Of a stretch of DNA of 64,000 nt, positions 13,618-26,254 are shown piece by piece. The DNA lies in NCBI GenBank assembly GCA_905178155.1, contig CAJINV010000001.1, positions 16,058,142 to 16,122,141 on the forward strand, read 5' to 3'. Position 1 is the stretch's first letter; each line of letters opens with the position of its first letter. This DNA is from Amoebophrya sp. A120 (taxonomy: Eukaryota; Protista; Dinoflagellata). The position numbers were made by a program, and so were the translations under genes. The notes beneath the pieces were generated by a model that saw nothing but the letters and a program-made list of their open reading frames with translations, was not told the origin of the DNA and did no database searches.

Positions 13618-16075
13618 TCAGCCTTCCAGTGCTTCCAGCCGTCGCTCGCTGTTGGGAATGTAGGCCTTGACGCCCCCCTGCACGACGTAGAGCGGTTTGT
13701 TTCCCTTCCCGGTCGTGACCAGGTACTCCTTCGAGATTTCGACCGGCGGTGCCTGCACCTTCTTGGGCCGCGCCATCCAGATCATCCTTTTCTCGTCGAA
13801 GTACTGCTCTTTCTTCTGCTCCTCGCTGAAGCGCAGCCCCGTGTCCTGGTGGATCTCGTGAATTTGCGCCAGGGCCGCGGTCTCCGAATCGAGGGAAGGA
13901 ACTGGGTCTAGCCGCGCGAGCGGGTAGTCGGCTCTGTGAAAGGTTTTTTTGGTTAGGTGGAAATTAAGCGGAAAACGATTCTCGTGTGGTCGTTGTTCGA
14001 CGTCCTATCTAGTAGCAGGGAACAACTACGGCGACGACATACTTTATTAAGTGACAGCCTTCACAACAAACAGTACAACACTTCGAAAGAGCTATGTCTA
14101 CATGAAAAAAGTACATTGGTTTTTTCCCGTCTGTTTGCTCCCTCGCCCATTTATCCGGCGTGTATCCCACGTCCCCGTATTTGAACTGGCAGTCTTCCTT
14201 GTCGAACCACATCGCCGTCAATTGCGGCTCAATTTTCACGCGCGAGTCGGCTATGATGTGGATGATCTCGTCCTTTTCGCCTGTGGTCAGACCGGATAAT
14301 GCCAACACGTACTCTACTGTCCCTTCCTCTGGCGCTAAGCTCGATTTTCCGTTCTTTTTGTTGTACACCCGTTCGTTCTCCTCCGGAATCCCGATGGAGT
14401 GGATCGGGGTTTTGTCGGGAAACAGGGCTGAGGTCAAAGATCGTGTCAACGATTTCCCGGTTGACTTTGCGTCTTTCCCCACCTCCTTCGAAACGTCAAG
14501 CGTACTGGCGCTGGCCTCCAGCAGCGATTGCGAGGCCATGCGGCGAAATTTGTGCGCTTGCTCCTGCACAGTCTCTTCGTCCTCGCCGAACCGTTTTTTC
14601 TCACCAGTGAAGAAATCGCGGCCGGCTAAAACCCATTTTTTCCGCAAGCCCTTGTTCATGATCGACCGCAATTTCACGGACTGCGTCTCGTCGCGCGGCC
14701 GCAAATAGCTGCTGTATTTTTCCATCAGTCGCAGCTTCGCGTCCGCGACTTTCTGGTACTTCTTCAAACTGCGCTGCGGGTCGTACCGGCGCTCCCCGAC
14801 GGCGACTAGCACCGTGTTCTCGTGCTCCTCGACGACACGACCGCGCACCCACCGGCCGTACCGGGGAACTCCGTCAACTACGTGCTTCTGCACCTTTTTT
14901 CCGCTCTGGCTGTAGTAAACCTTGCGCTTCCGCTTCTTCTTTTCCGCAGGTTCTGGTTCACCTTCTTGCGGCGCTTCTCCTGTAGTTTCTGGCTGGTGCC
15001 CCGCTGCTGCTGGCGGCTCACCACCCGCGACGGTTCCGTCCGGTAGCGGAACGCCAGGCGGCTGCTGCCCATCTGCTCGCGGTACTGCAGCCTGCGATTG
15101 CGGCGAACTTCCTTGTTGCGTCTGCGTCTCCGATACCGTGCCCTCCTTCCTTTCTGCGCTGGATTCTGGCGATTTGTCGCTCGCCAAGACGGGCGGTTCC
15201 GAGGCCGCGGCCGCACTGGCGACCGCGGATTCGGGTGCCGGGGAAGAGGCTGGCAGCGAAGCGGTGTTCTCTCTGGTTGCAGCGGCACCCTCCCCTGCTG
15301 GGGGTGCAGGGACTGCAGAGCCTTCAGCTAGAGCTGCACCTCCCTCCTGTTGTACACCACCTGCTGCCGCGCCATCCACCTGTTGCCCCTCTTGTTGCCC
15401 GTTGATAGAAGCGATGTTGACCGGTGGGACCACAACCGGCGGCGCTCCGGCGGCCCCGCCTTCTCCCTGCGTTATCTGCTCTCCCGGGGCCGCAGGAACA
15501 ACAGCAACTCCGTCTTGGAGCACATTAGCGTTCGCACCACCAGGAGCGACAGGCTCCTCGTCCGTCTCTGTTTCGTACTCGGTGACGTATCCGTCCGGCG
15601 CGTCGTCCTCCGGAATGCACTTGAAAATACGGACCGGGTCGCCCACACCATAGTCCGTGTACGCTTGGCTCAAGTCGTCCATCCGCTGCTGAAACAGCTC
15701 CACTTCGGTCGGCGGGACGGGCGGCGGGTCGGGGATACCCGGCACGCCCATCCTCTTCGCGTACTTGGGTGGTAAAACTTTCTTCCAAAATTTTTGCAGC
15801 GGCGTCAGCGGGGGTGGCGGAGGGGTTTCTTCGGTCTCCACCGTCTCCACCTCCGCGGCCTGCTCCTCCTGGAACGCCTGCTCCTCCGCCTCCGCGGCGG
15901 CCTCGAGGCGCGCGAGCAACCCGCCCCCCGATCCGGAGTCGGACGTTGTACCAGCGTTTTCGTCCTCCTCGTCGTCATCGCCCAAGGCAGAGTTGGTGCC
16001 GCTTTTGAGCGCCGACCCCTCCTCCGGATCCTCCGGCTCGGCGGGGTCTTGGTCCTTGTCGTTCTCTTCACTCAT
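13618..16075 (-). CDS. Hypothetical protein with acidic, Ala/Pro/Gly-rich low-complexity region, 2 exons
   Basis: Exon 16075-14115 joins exon 13933-13618 in frame over a GT-AG intron (…KKPI|ADYPLARLDP…EALEG*). Confidence 0.75.
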
Positions 16076-16807
16076 TCGCGAGGGAAAACTTTATCAAATA
16101 CAACTGAAAATCAATCTGTTCATCAGGCACCGATAGGTAGTTTGGATGTGGAATACGTACAGGAAAATCTTCTGGTGAAGGTGTTTTCTTTCAATGCGTA
16201 CTAGTAGGGAAGCGAAAACGAAATAAAGCAGAAAAAGCAAATCAGGCGATTGCGTATGGGAATAATCTCTTTGCCGAATGTAGGAGACGAGGGTAGCTTC
16301 TGTACAACACCGATTCGTTTGGGGTAGAACGTCGAGAAATATTTCTGGGCCTGTGAGTAAAAGTTTGTTACATCGTGGTGGCGGAATAATTTTCTTTACA
16401 GTGGTTCTTCCACGGTAGGTAGGAACGAACATTCGATGCACGAATACGATTTGGAATGCCAAAGCACAAGAGTGTACGACCGAAGTTTTTGTACGATAGA
16501 AGAGATTCGTTTTTGGCTGCTGGACCAGTACGATAATCTGACTTTTCCAACAAAACGTTTAGAACACCTGTGCTGAAACAGCCCCAGCAGCCGGAGCTAT
16601 TCTGCAGCCTGTGCACACGCTTTTTCATTTTCTGTGCGCAAGGTGCACTGTCCAAGAATTACGCGTATCCTACCAGGAGAAAGTACATTCACGGTTCAGG
16701 GTCTTTTTCTAGTTCGCATTCGCGCGACAAGCCTCTAGTCCGGGCCCAGAGTCACGTTGATAATGCCTTGTATTAGCAGTAAACCGCACTGAGTTGTTTG
16801 CGGCTGC

Positions 16808-18055
16808 TTACCGCGCAATCCCTGAGAACGCGCAATCCCTCTGAGATCGGTAGTAATTTGTAGTGACGGTGGTGCCGCTTGCTGTTCCCCAAAGCTCCCT
16901 TCGTGCGGCACCTCCCATCGCTTCACGTAGTGCGCTTTCTGCCGCCTCGGTCGGTAGCCCCTGCGCCTGCCACCGGATTAGGCCTTTGCTGTCAATCAGA
17001 AAAAAGCTGGGCAGCTCCCGGTGGTCAGATACGTTGCCGAGGAGGGCTTCGAGCTCCCGGGTCCACCGACCTTTGTAAACGTATGCGTCGTGCGCTTCCA
17101 GCGTCTTTTTCTGGCTGGTGTCCGTCGCTGGTGTAGTCCCAAGGCGCTTGCGCAAGAAAACCTTTGTCACACCACCGGCGAGCCGGCGCCCCAGCCACGA
17201 ATCCGACAAGTGCAACGACACGAAAGATATCTTCTTTTTTGACGACTTCATCCCAGTATCTGCGATTTGGTTTTGTCCAAACTTCTGCTCACCAACTCGT
17301 GCACCTGCTGTTGCCGCATATGCTCCTCCTTGCGGTTCCAAGATTCGCGCACAGACGCGACGCCAGGGCTCGGCCCCCGTGGTGACCCCCGCCAGCGCAC
17401 CCCCTCCGGAGTACACGGCTAGAAAGACCGGGCACGTCGACCCGTGCAGGCGACTACTCAAATAGATGGAGCTGCAGGTTCGTTTTTGGTTTGGGTCCGG
17501 AGGCAAGACGGGATCCACCAGAAGGTTCGGAAACTTGACCGCCACCGCTTCTGGTAAAAGACCCCGGCGCGGGTAGCCAAATGCTCCAGTGTGATTTGGT
17601 GATACACGAGGAACCAGCTCGACATACGGTTCCCGGGCCACGATTGCAGTGCGGTTGTACAGCTCCAGGCCCCCGGCCGTAGACCTTAACTCGCAACTTA
17701 CATTTCTTGTGTCTGTCAACTGTGCAGGGAAAGAACCTGACCTGACTAGCGCCAAGGGAGATGAAGTCGCTGATGCTACCGTAAGTTCGTTACCGTTGGT
17801 TTGGTACATCGTTGAGGAGGAAGACGATACAGTACTCGGCACCAACGGCTGCAAAAAATTTTCGTAGAGTCGCATCAGAAGGGTCTTGTGAGGCGCATCC
17901 GCCGCTAGGCCTTCCAATGTGGATGGTCTACTGAGGGACTCCCGGACACGCGGTTCGCAATTTTGGGAGCGGAGTGCTGCTGCGTAGCCGGGCACCTGAC
18001 CGTCTAAGAAGTTCGCAGCACGCTGCAGGCGGCAACTGCGACGCAGGCGGAACAT
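16808..18055 (-). CDS. ATP10: ATP10-like mitochondrial ATP synthase assembly factor (divergent)
   Basis: Arg-rich mitochondrial-presequence-like N-terminus (MFRLRRSCRLQR). The C-terminal FLIDSKGLIRWQAQGLPT resembles the ATP10 thioredoxin-like signature (LVD-x-x-G-x-IRW-x-x-x-G). Confidence 0.6.
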   Translation of the reverse strand: MFRLRRSCRLQRAANFLDGQVPGYAAALRSQNCEPRVRESLSRPSTLEGLAADAPHKTLLMRLYENFLQPLVPSTVSSSSSTMYQTNGNELTVASATSSPLALVRSGSFPAQLTDTRNVSCELRSTAGGLELYNRTAIVAREPYVELVPRVSPNHTGAFGYPRRGLLPEAVAVKFPNLLVDPVLPPDPNQKRTCSSIYLSSRLHGSTCPVFLAVYSGGGALAGVTTGAEPWRRVCARILEPQGGAYAATAGARVGEQKFGQNQIADTGMKSSKKKISFVSLHLSDSWLGRRLAGGVTKVFLRKRLGTTPATDTSQKKTLEAHDAYVYKGRWTRELEALLGNVSDHRELPSFFLIDSKGLIRWQAQGLPTEAAESALREAMGGAARRELWGTASGTTVTTNYYRSQRDCAFSGIAR

Positions 18056-18199
18056 TTTGCTGCGTTTGCTTTATTGACACTAGCTACACTACATAATGCT
18101 GAATAAATATGACTCGTCATCCATGAAAAGACATAAATTTTGTAGGAGTCGTTGTCATCGGTATCCGTGCCGACAGTGACAGCATTTGTAAACCAAAGC

Positions 18200-20500
18200 A
18201 ATAAGCGATCGGCAACGACGCATTCTTGGCCGTCCGCCCCCGCCCACCGAACACCGGACGGCTTTCAGAGCCCGAAAAAGCAGAGCCGATATAGTGCGCG
18301 CACAGATTGGCCTGACAATGGCAACTGGGCAAGCGCGTAAACTCGAGATGGTTCCGCCCGTCGGTATGGGCAATGGGCGGGCCGATTAGCGCAACGGACC
18401 GCACAGCGGGCAGGGCCCTACGCAGTTTTCTTCCACGAACGCGAGGGCGAGCGGCGCCGTCCTACACCGCGCGGGCCCGCACACTGGCGAAAGCACGGCA
18501 CCCCGGCAACCCGCGTGCCCGGGGGCCGAGCGCAATCCAAAATTGCGAACAGCCGAAGCGCAGGCGCGCCGGCCGTCGGAAATTGGGCAGGGCGCGGCAA
18601 GCCGGCGCCGCGCCCTGCGGCGGCCCGAACCCCAGCAACCCGAACGAAGGGCGCCGCGCCAAGATCGGGCCGGCAGGTGGTGGCCATACTGCTATCGGTG
18701 CTGTTGCTAGAAGTAGATGGCGAAGATGTCTCTGCTTATATCATTTCGAGCTCTCGCGTAGCTTCAATGGAGAAACGGCTGGCGCGAGGTGGTCTGGAAC
18801 CGGTCCGCTTAGCCTCCTCCTTGGCTTCCCGGATACGCTGCGCCTCCCGGGCGTATTCTTCTTGGCACTGCACCGGGATGCTGTGCACAAACCCAGTATG
18901 ACCGGGCAGCATTCAAGGCGTGCCGTAGACCGCCGAGCCAGCCCGCGGGCCTCTCGCCTAGAGTTCTCAGCTGCCCTTCCCAGTCGGAGGGAGCTTGCTG
19001 CGCCACTTGGTGCATCGTCTCACACTGAGCGCGGATTCCCATCCGGAGTTCAACACCACGAGGCAGATGCCTGCGGCCGGCGGAGAGAGGCGTGAAGCGG
19101 CGCTCCAGGATATCTGCCAGAAGTTGAATCAGGTAGGCCGCGGCCGCTGTTTCCCCACCATCCGCGCCGATGGTTGTGACATGCAGGCCGCCAAGGGTGT
19201 CGCTTTCGGGTAAAAATTCCTGCAAATGAGCCACCGCCGCCCGAGCCTGCTTGAAGGCCTTGCTCACTCCCGGAAGCCTGTCCCCGCGCTCGTCGAACTT
19301 GCGGACTCTGGTCGGCAGATTCACACTGCCACGCCCGTTGGTGAGCAATTGGAGAACCAATACTATCCAGCTGCTCGAGTGGTCGAGCATAGCTCTGCGC
19401 CTTTGAGTGCATTCGCATTCTTCGGCGAGTCTTCGCCGGGGCCGACGGGCACAGTCTTGCCACTAACCTCGCTGCACCGCTTCAACGCCCGCGCGATCGC
19501 GTTCGACACGTACGGCACGAACCCCGCGCCGGCAAAACACGCCAAGCGGGGGCAGCAGGCGCGGCCGAACCGGCCGGAGCCGGGGCCGCGGCCCTTCTCG
19601 CATACCCGCAGCTGCCCCGATGGGCATGCGCCACGGAGCCGCCGGCGTAGGGCGCCCGTGGCGCCGTAGGCCCGCGCGGCGCTTCAAGCCGCGCGCGCCA
19701 CCTTCTGCCGCCGCCTTTTTTTTCAGTTCGGGGGGCCGCCTGACGCGGTTCGCCAGCGTGCGCGCGCGGTCCGAAACCAAGCCCGGACCGCACCGGGGCA
19801 AGGGCCCGAACGGGCGACGCACTTTTTGGGAGAACTGGGGCCCCGCCTTCGACTCGCTGTTTCGGCGGGCGCCATTGCCACGCCCGCGCCCCGGCGGAGT
19901 GCCCCCCCTTTCCTTTTGCACACCCGGCGGCAAGCGGTCACGGCGCGGCAGGCTTTCCGCCATCAAGCTGGCGAACTTATTCGCGCACGCCGTCAAGATC
20001 GGAAGCATCTTGCGAAGCCTTTCCGTGGTCAGCGCGCCGTTGGCCACTGTGGCGGCTTTGGCGTGGCCCGTTTGGGCCCGCTGCCTTGCTCGCGGCTGCG
20101 GCTGTCGCGCCTTCGCCCCCGGTCGCGTTGCCGGCTTTCGCCGCGGCCCCGGGCCTCCGGGGAAGCTTATGGGCCCCGACCAGAGGCAAAGCAGCGAGAT
20201 AGATCGGCGCGAACCCCCCCGGGCGCATCCCCGGGCTTGGTGGCTTCCCGCTTAAGGGGCGCGGCAATCGCGCCGCGGAACGGCAGCGCTACGGCACCTC
20301 GGGCCCACGTGGCTCGCCAAAAGTGCCCCGAGGTGGCTCGCCCCCTAGGCACCAACGTCCTGGCTGCTCTCGAGGTCTTTGCTCGTAATCTCTGGCGTCT
20401 CCGCGATTCGCTCGCCGCCGCACCGCCGGCGCGCCCGCCGCACCCCAGAAAGTGCCCGCGCCAGCCTTCTGGATCTTATCCAAAGGCCCCATGCGTCTAA
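18200..20500 (-). pseudogene. Decayed gene/TE relic with GC-rich flanks and a protein-like core (about 18810-19400)
   Basis: Fragmentary protein-like frames (…AAYLIQLLADILERRF…, …RLRKMLPILTACANKFASLMAE…) embedded in very GC-rich sequence with no continuous ORF. Confidence 0.3.
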
Positions 20501-20917
20501 GAGGACTCGTATTATGAAGCGCGAAAGCCGCCCGCTTCAAACCAAAGACGAAAAACCTTGGCTAAAGAACACTGTGCTCCTGAACGGCAGCGCAATTCCG
20601 CGACGGCAATCGCATGCGCAATGCCACGACAGCACAACTCCCATCTCAAGTTTCCGACTTCCATACACATCCGTTTCCGAACTGGTACTCTTTGCCATTC
20701 ATCACGCAAGGGCGCCGCATAGCGGATCTGTTTATCTGACGCAGTGCCTTACAATGACCGTTATTTCCTTATCCTTCGTGGTTAACCGTGAAAATTATAA
20801 GTAGGTAAGCCAGTGCCGGAGTAAGTCTCACAGGCACGCTTCGTTGACCGAGAAAGTAAATGAGCGCGACGTGTGTACAAGTGTAGGAGTACATTGTAGC
20901 AGCGTTCATAGGCGGGT

Positions 20918-23900
20918 TCAGATTTCTACAGGTTTGGGGTTCGGATTACGAATATGCCGCATCGTCGCCCCGCCCGCCTGCGGCATGAACGGCGTGTGCT
21001 TACCATATGCCTTGGGCAGACCGTAGGCGCCTTCGGGAATGTACGCATTGACGCGGGGCTCTGCCGTGGTTCGAGTAACATTCGAATGCAAGATCACCTC
21101 CTCCTGCATGCGGGCCTGTAGGGTGCGTCATTTGAAAACGCATCGGAACTTGCAGAGTATGGACTTCGCACTTTAGCAAAAACACTTCGTCAGTCATATT
21201 CGACCACAGCTTCCGGTGCCCAACAAACAAATTACGCGGCACGAAATATTCAAATCACACAACATACCTTCGCCCGCTCCTGATCGGCCGCCCTTTGCGC
21301 CTCGAGCTGCACCAACTTCTGCAGCTCCTCTTCTGCGGTAGCAGTTGGTGGTTGGTTTTCCCGCAGACGGGCGCGCGCTTCGGCAGCAGCATCCCGGAGT
21401 AGGTTGGCTTCCTCGGACAGTTTCATACTCGTGGCCTGGTACATACTCAATTCGGAGACCGTAGCCATCATCTGTCGCGTAACTTCCTTCATCTTTGCCT
21501 GGAAAGCGTTCACCCGTTGCGACATCTTCAGCGTGGCCTGGCGCCCGTCAATGGCCTGCACCCGAAGCTTCTCGCTCAATGCGGTCACCTGTACGTTATT
21601 TTTTGCGAAAACAAATTCGCACATGATGGAAGCATTCCAGATTTAAAACCCGAAACCCTAATCGATACCGAAAAAAAATGAATGCACGAAGCGAACAAGT
21701 ACCTCTTCCACGATGAGCTCCTTTTCAAGAAGCTGTTCCTCCTTCGCATTTAGTCTCTCTTCCAGCCACTGTCTTTTTGCCATGAGTGTGTCTTTGTCTG
21801 GATCGGTGACCTGGCCCTCGCCAAGGAACCTCCACTTGCGTACCTGAAGATTCCAGAGTCGTCTTGTAGTTGTCTTGTTCCCCTTCCCAGACAGTGAAGT
21901 AAGTACTTAGATCTCTTGGGCAAAATAAGTAAGTAGAAGCTCTGTGGCCATTTGCATTTTTTCACAGAAGGAGCTCTAGACCACACCTTGCTGCTCGGGT
22001 TTTCCAACTCCGCAGACAGCGCGTCGGACTGTCGCTTCACGCCGCGCAGCTGGTCCTTTAATATCAGAACCTTCTCCGTATACTGGGCGGTGTCTTGTAT
22101 ACTTCGGTTCATGGAGACCTGTCGTGATATTGAGTCTCGTTAGATTTACCACATTAAGATCATCATCATATTTCATGTCCATTCTTAGTGCACGCTCGCG
22201 GCTATGATATTTCAAACCACAATCTGAACGGGCCACAATTGCAATACTTCTGATCATTCCCTCCGAATAAAACTACAACTGAACCTCCCTTCTATACCAT
22301 CCTCCTGTTAAGCGCCGCGAGGTCGATGCGGCAAGACCGGAGATTTTCCATTTTTTGCTGAATGGCCATCTCGCCTTTCTTCAGAAGCAGCTCCTGCACG
22401 TTCGACTTCTCCCATAGAATACACAGCTCGTCATTCCTGTCGATGAGCTGGATCCCGGTCTGGTTCCGCTGGCACACGGCGTCCTCGAACTTCTGTTTGG
22501 CCACGGTGATTTCTATGGAAGTGTCAGAATCGAAATTGACAAAATCGAAAAATTTCTGATGCATAAAATGTAGGGCACTGGAGGCCTGTATTGGGTAGCA
22601 GGCAAGTGAGACCGATTGGGAGCCTGTTTCGGGGTATACAATGTGCTGCCAGAGGAGCATGACAGGAGGAGCCTTCTTTGCCCAAACAGCATGACAGACT
22701 GGATTTGGGTGCTCCCGAAATTTGTCATGCGCCAGTTGGAAACTGAGGCTCCAACTGACATCGATTTTGTGCATCGCAAATTTTTCGACTTTGTCAATTT
22801 TGATTCTGACACTTCCATAATTTCCCGCTCCAATGTGTTGATCAACGCGTTCAGCTGGTCGATTTCCAGCACGTAGAGCTCCACGTTTTCGTTCGCCTGG
22901 TTTATCTTGTGCAGGATCCGAGTGAGCTCCAGCCGGTACGCGTCGCGCACCGCGCGCTGCTTCTTCGTCTGTTGCTGCGTTTCCGTGATGGTCTTGTCTT
23001 TCCCCGCGGATTCCAGTCTTAAAATCTCGATCTCGTTGCCCAGAACCTTGAAGCGCTCGCGCATCTCCGACAATTTTTGACTCGCGGCCTGGATCAGCGC
23101 GACGTACTTGTTGCGCTCGTTTTTCACCACTTCATACGCGGCGCAGAACTCCTTTTGCCGCTCCGTCACCTCGGCCAGCTTCTTTCGGAGGTCGAACTCC
23201 TCTAGTTGCTTCATCTGCACATTGTCCCACACCTCCTTGCTCAGCACCGTCGCGTTTTGCAGATCGCGGACCAGCTTCCCGTGCGCCTGCTCCACAAACC
23301 GCAGGTGCTTGCCCCAGTCGCTGTTTTGCCGCTTCAGGTTGGCGAGGTCCTGGCGGAGATCCTGCAGGCCTTGGTGCAGCGAGCTCAACTCCTCCTTCTT
23401 CTCCTTTTCGACGCTCTCCTGCTTCAGAAACGCGCCGATGAAAACGTCGACCTCGTTCTGAATCTCGTCTATAACCCGCTCAGCTGTTACAATCTCAAAC
23501 GTTACAATAAAATATGGAAATCTGTGATGCAAAAGATGGTGCATGACCTAACCTACTCCCACAGCATTGCGCATGACAAGTTCTGGAGTCCCAAACCGCA
23601 CTGGAATCTGGCGAAATTTGTATTGCAGAAAGTGGAACGCTGCGCGGGTCTGTCATGCTCATCATGCAATACAAAATCCAGATTCTATTGTAACGTTTGA
23701 GATTGTAACGTTTGAGCGGGTCATATCGTCCAGAAGCAGAATCTGCTTCTTGTTGTCCTCGGCTGCAGTGTTTTATTTACGAACGTTGCTAAAGATGATG
23801 GACTAGAAAAGTTGTTGCAGTGAATGAAATGGAAAAGAAACTCGCTCAGTACTTTCGGGTGGAAAGGAAATCACAAACCTACAAGTGAGAAAACAAGTAC

Positions 23901-25549
23901 AACTCTTTGCTATACACACTAAGTATCGTATAAGTACTTTTCAACTGTATCTCTTCGTCTAATTCTTTTTTCCTCGCAATCAAGGGCGGGATTTGGTGAC
24001 GCAGCTCTTTCACCGCCATTTCTTTCCTCCTGTAGTCGCGCTTTTGCCTTTCGAGCTGCTGCTCCTTCTTCGTTTTTTCATCCAACCCGTGTCTGATATC
24101 CTCGGAAACGATCCGCGTTTCCATGTCGATGCCAACTTTCTTGGCCAGCAGATCGGCGGAGGTGTTCCTCAGACGCTCGAGCTTTCGCTGAATTTCGCTG
24201 TATTCATCATTAACGGACACAACGGAGTCCTTCATGAGCTGAACGCGGAGCGTGGCCTTGCTTCGCTGGTCCTCTACTTTTTTTCGCTTCTTGATCAACT
24301 CTTCCGTGCGCGCGTCGGTCTTCTTCAAATCTTCTTGCACCTGATTAAGTCGGTTATTTTCGCTGTTTCGCCAGATTTATATTGCTTCGCGACTCCCCAG
24401 CGCAGCGTGAGCGTTCTTGATCGATGAAAGAATAGCATTAGCACAACATACACATAGGCATTGATTTCCGTGCTAGATTTACAAAAATCTATCCCAGTAC
24501 AATGTCGTCCGCGGCTTTCATGCTCTTCAAGACCGTTTCGAACTTTTCGACTTGCTTCTTCACTCGCCCTGGCTCGTTTTTTATCTTGTTTAGCTCCCGC
24601 TCGTGCTGCTCCATGTTTATTACATGCGTGGTCTCCAGGTCGTCCCGAAGCTGCGCTACACGCTCGAGGTCGCTGTGGTTTATTTTTCGGAAAAAATGTA
24701 ATGTCAACAGATGAAACGTACTGTACTTTAAACTTTTTCCCTTCAAGTTTTGTCAGCGCACAACCAAAAACGCCAGAAGGACTGATTATATGCAAGCAAC
24801 AACTAGTATAAGTACGCGTCTTTCTGTGCTTCTTTCTCCTTTTTGGTTATGTTGAGTTGGGCGATTTCTTCTTTTTGTAGGTGGAGAGTTGATTCCATGT
24901 TTTCCACGAGTGGTCGGAACGCGGCTTGTTCCGCCGCCTTTTTCGCGGCAATTTGCTCGACGAGCTCGCGGTGCTGTGCCTCCAGTTCCTGTGCCTTAAG
25001 ATCGTACGTCGCTTCGTCATCAAGTGCTGCTTCGAGCTGTTTGTCGAGCTCGCGTATTTTCACCCGTCGCGCATTCACCTGGTTCTGGTTGTCTTCCGCT
25101 TCTAGCAAGGCTTTTTCCATTTTTATCTTCTCCGCTGTTTTGTTTTTCATATTCCACCAATGGCATAAAGGGTGTGAACCCGTCATGCAGATCGATCTTG
25201 CACTCCATCAGAAACATGCAAAAAAAGTTATTTCCAAGTATCCAAATACTCCTTGTGCTTCTGTCGCACAGCGCGAGCACGTAAATTCTCAAAAATATAT
25301 ACCCATGAGTTTCGTGTTGAGTTCTTTCGCGGTCGACAGAAACTTCTTCTCGTTTTCGTAGATCTGCAGCACGCATTCGTGCTGCCTGCCGTATCGATCC
25401 TTGAGGATCTCCATCTGCTGCATGGGAATCTCACCATCCCGGGCAAGTTCGTCTAACACGTGAAACGCCACGGAGTTTTTTAGGCTCGTCTCGCCACCCT
25501 CGTCGGTTTCTTCCGGGTTCTCCTCGGAGTTCTCCTCAGCCTCCGACAT
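20918..25549 (-). CDS. CCDC146: Coiled-coil domain-containing protein 146 (MBO2-like flagellar protein), 11 exons
   Basis: Motifs KNERNKYVALIQ, GIQLIDRNDELCILWEK, KEEQLLEKELIVEEV and C-terminal TTAEPRVNAYIP…LPKAYG…PF.P…GATMRHIR.P…PVEI. Exons approx. 25549-25303, 25134-24816, 24672-24501, 24340-23938, 23762-23726, 23464-22820, 22508-22298, 22118-21987, 21843-21703, 21588-21268, 21115-20918. Eight GT-AG introns and two introner introns. Confidence 0.92.
22514..22819. mobile_element. Introner / MITE-like intron, family A (306 bp), in CCDC146
   Basis: About 55-bp TIR TATGGAAGTGTCAGAATCRAAATTGACAAARTCGAAAAATTT… with direct repeat ATTTC at 22509-22513 and 22820-22824. Removal restores …LERE-I-TVAKQKF…. 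Confidence 0.93.
23470..23725. mobile_element. Introner / MITE-like intron, family D (256 bp), in CCDC146
   Basis: TIR TATRACCCGCTCAnnnGTTACAATCTCAAACGTTACAATA with direct repeat TCGTC at 23465-23469 and 23726-23730. Removal restores …ILLLD-E-IQNEVDVF…. Confidence 0.92.
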
Positions 25550-26254
25550 CGTCGTCGCCTAGGTGTGTTGGCTGCAACTAATGCTGCAAAATGATCAATG
25601 CAACTCCAGAACGGAGTTGTAGTTGTACCTGACCGCTGCTTCACTATCTGGAAGGGTGCTCTGTCCGTGAAGTTGTCACCGACTACGAACACGAAATACA
25701 GCCCTTGCGCAATCAGACCCTACGCGTCCAGTGTGGTATGAGGCGTGCGAAGGACACACGGAACGGAGAGAATCGCCACGCACCGGCAAGCAACGATGAC
25801 CCGATGCCGTGCTCCGGTGGCTCGTCGGCGCTTCCTGCTGATGCCTTCTTGGCGCCAAAATTTACGAAACCCAATTATGTAGTGCCGTAACCTGCAAAGC
25901 AGGACGATCAGATATATTTTCAAACCGTGTTGTCGTAAATGACTTCTTCTTCACTCAAAAAAACACTCTCCCCCGCAGCAAACTCAAAACATGCTTTTGC
26001 GCTGTTCTCTCACACGGCGAAGTTTGCGCCCTCCACTTCCCTTGCACGAGACGCTCGACAGTTCGAATCGCTCATCATCTTGCACATTTGGTTCCCGTCG
26101 TGTGCCATCCCGTACTGAAGAAGATTAGAACAAAGTTAGCGACCACGTAGAAGTGGCGCACTTTTGACACGAGGACTGGTGCAGAGCTTCGCTCACAGCA
26201 GTGTTTCTTGTTATTTACTTCCCTGTGTTGCGTTAAAAACTAAATCGTCTGACC

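Noticed and set aside
13354-13911. 185-aa plus-strand ORF
   Set aside because: It is antisense to the last exon of the 16075-13618 gene.
21459-21468. CCGTAGCCAT match to the start of the dinoflagellate spliced leader
   Set aside because: Only 10 nt match, it lies antisense within a CCDC146 exon, and the following TTTGGCTCAAG is absent.
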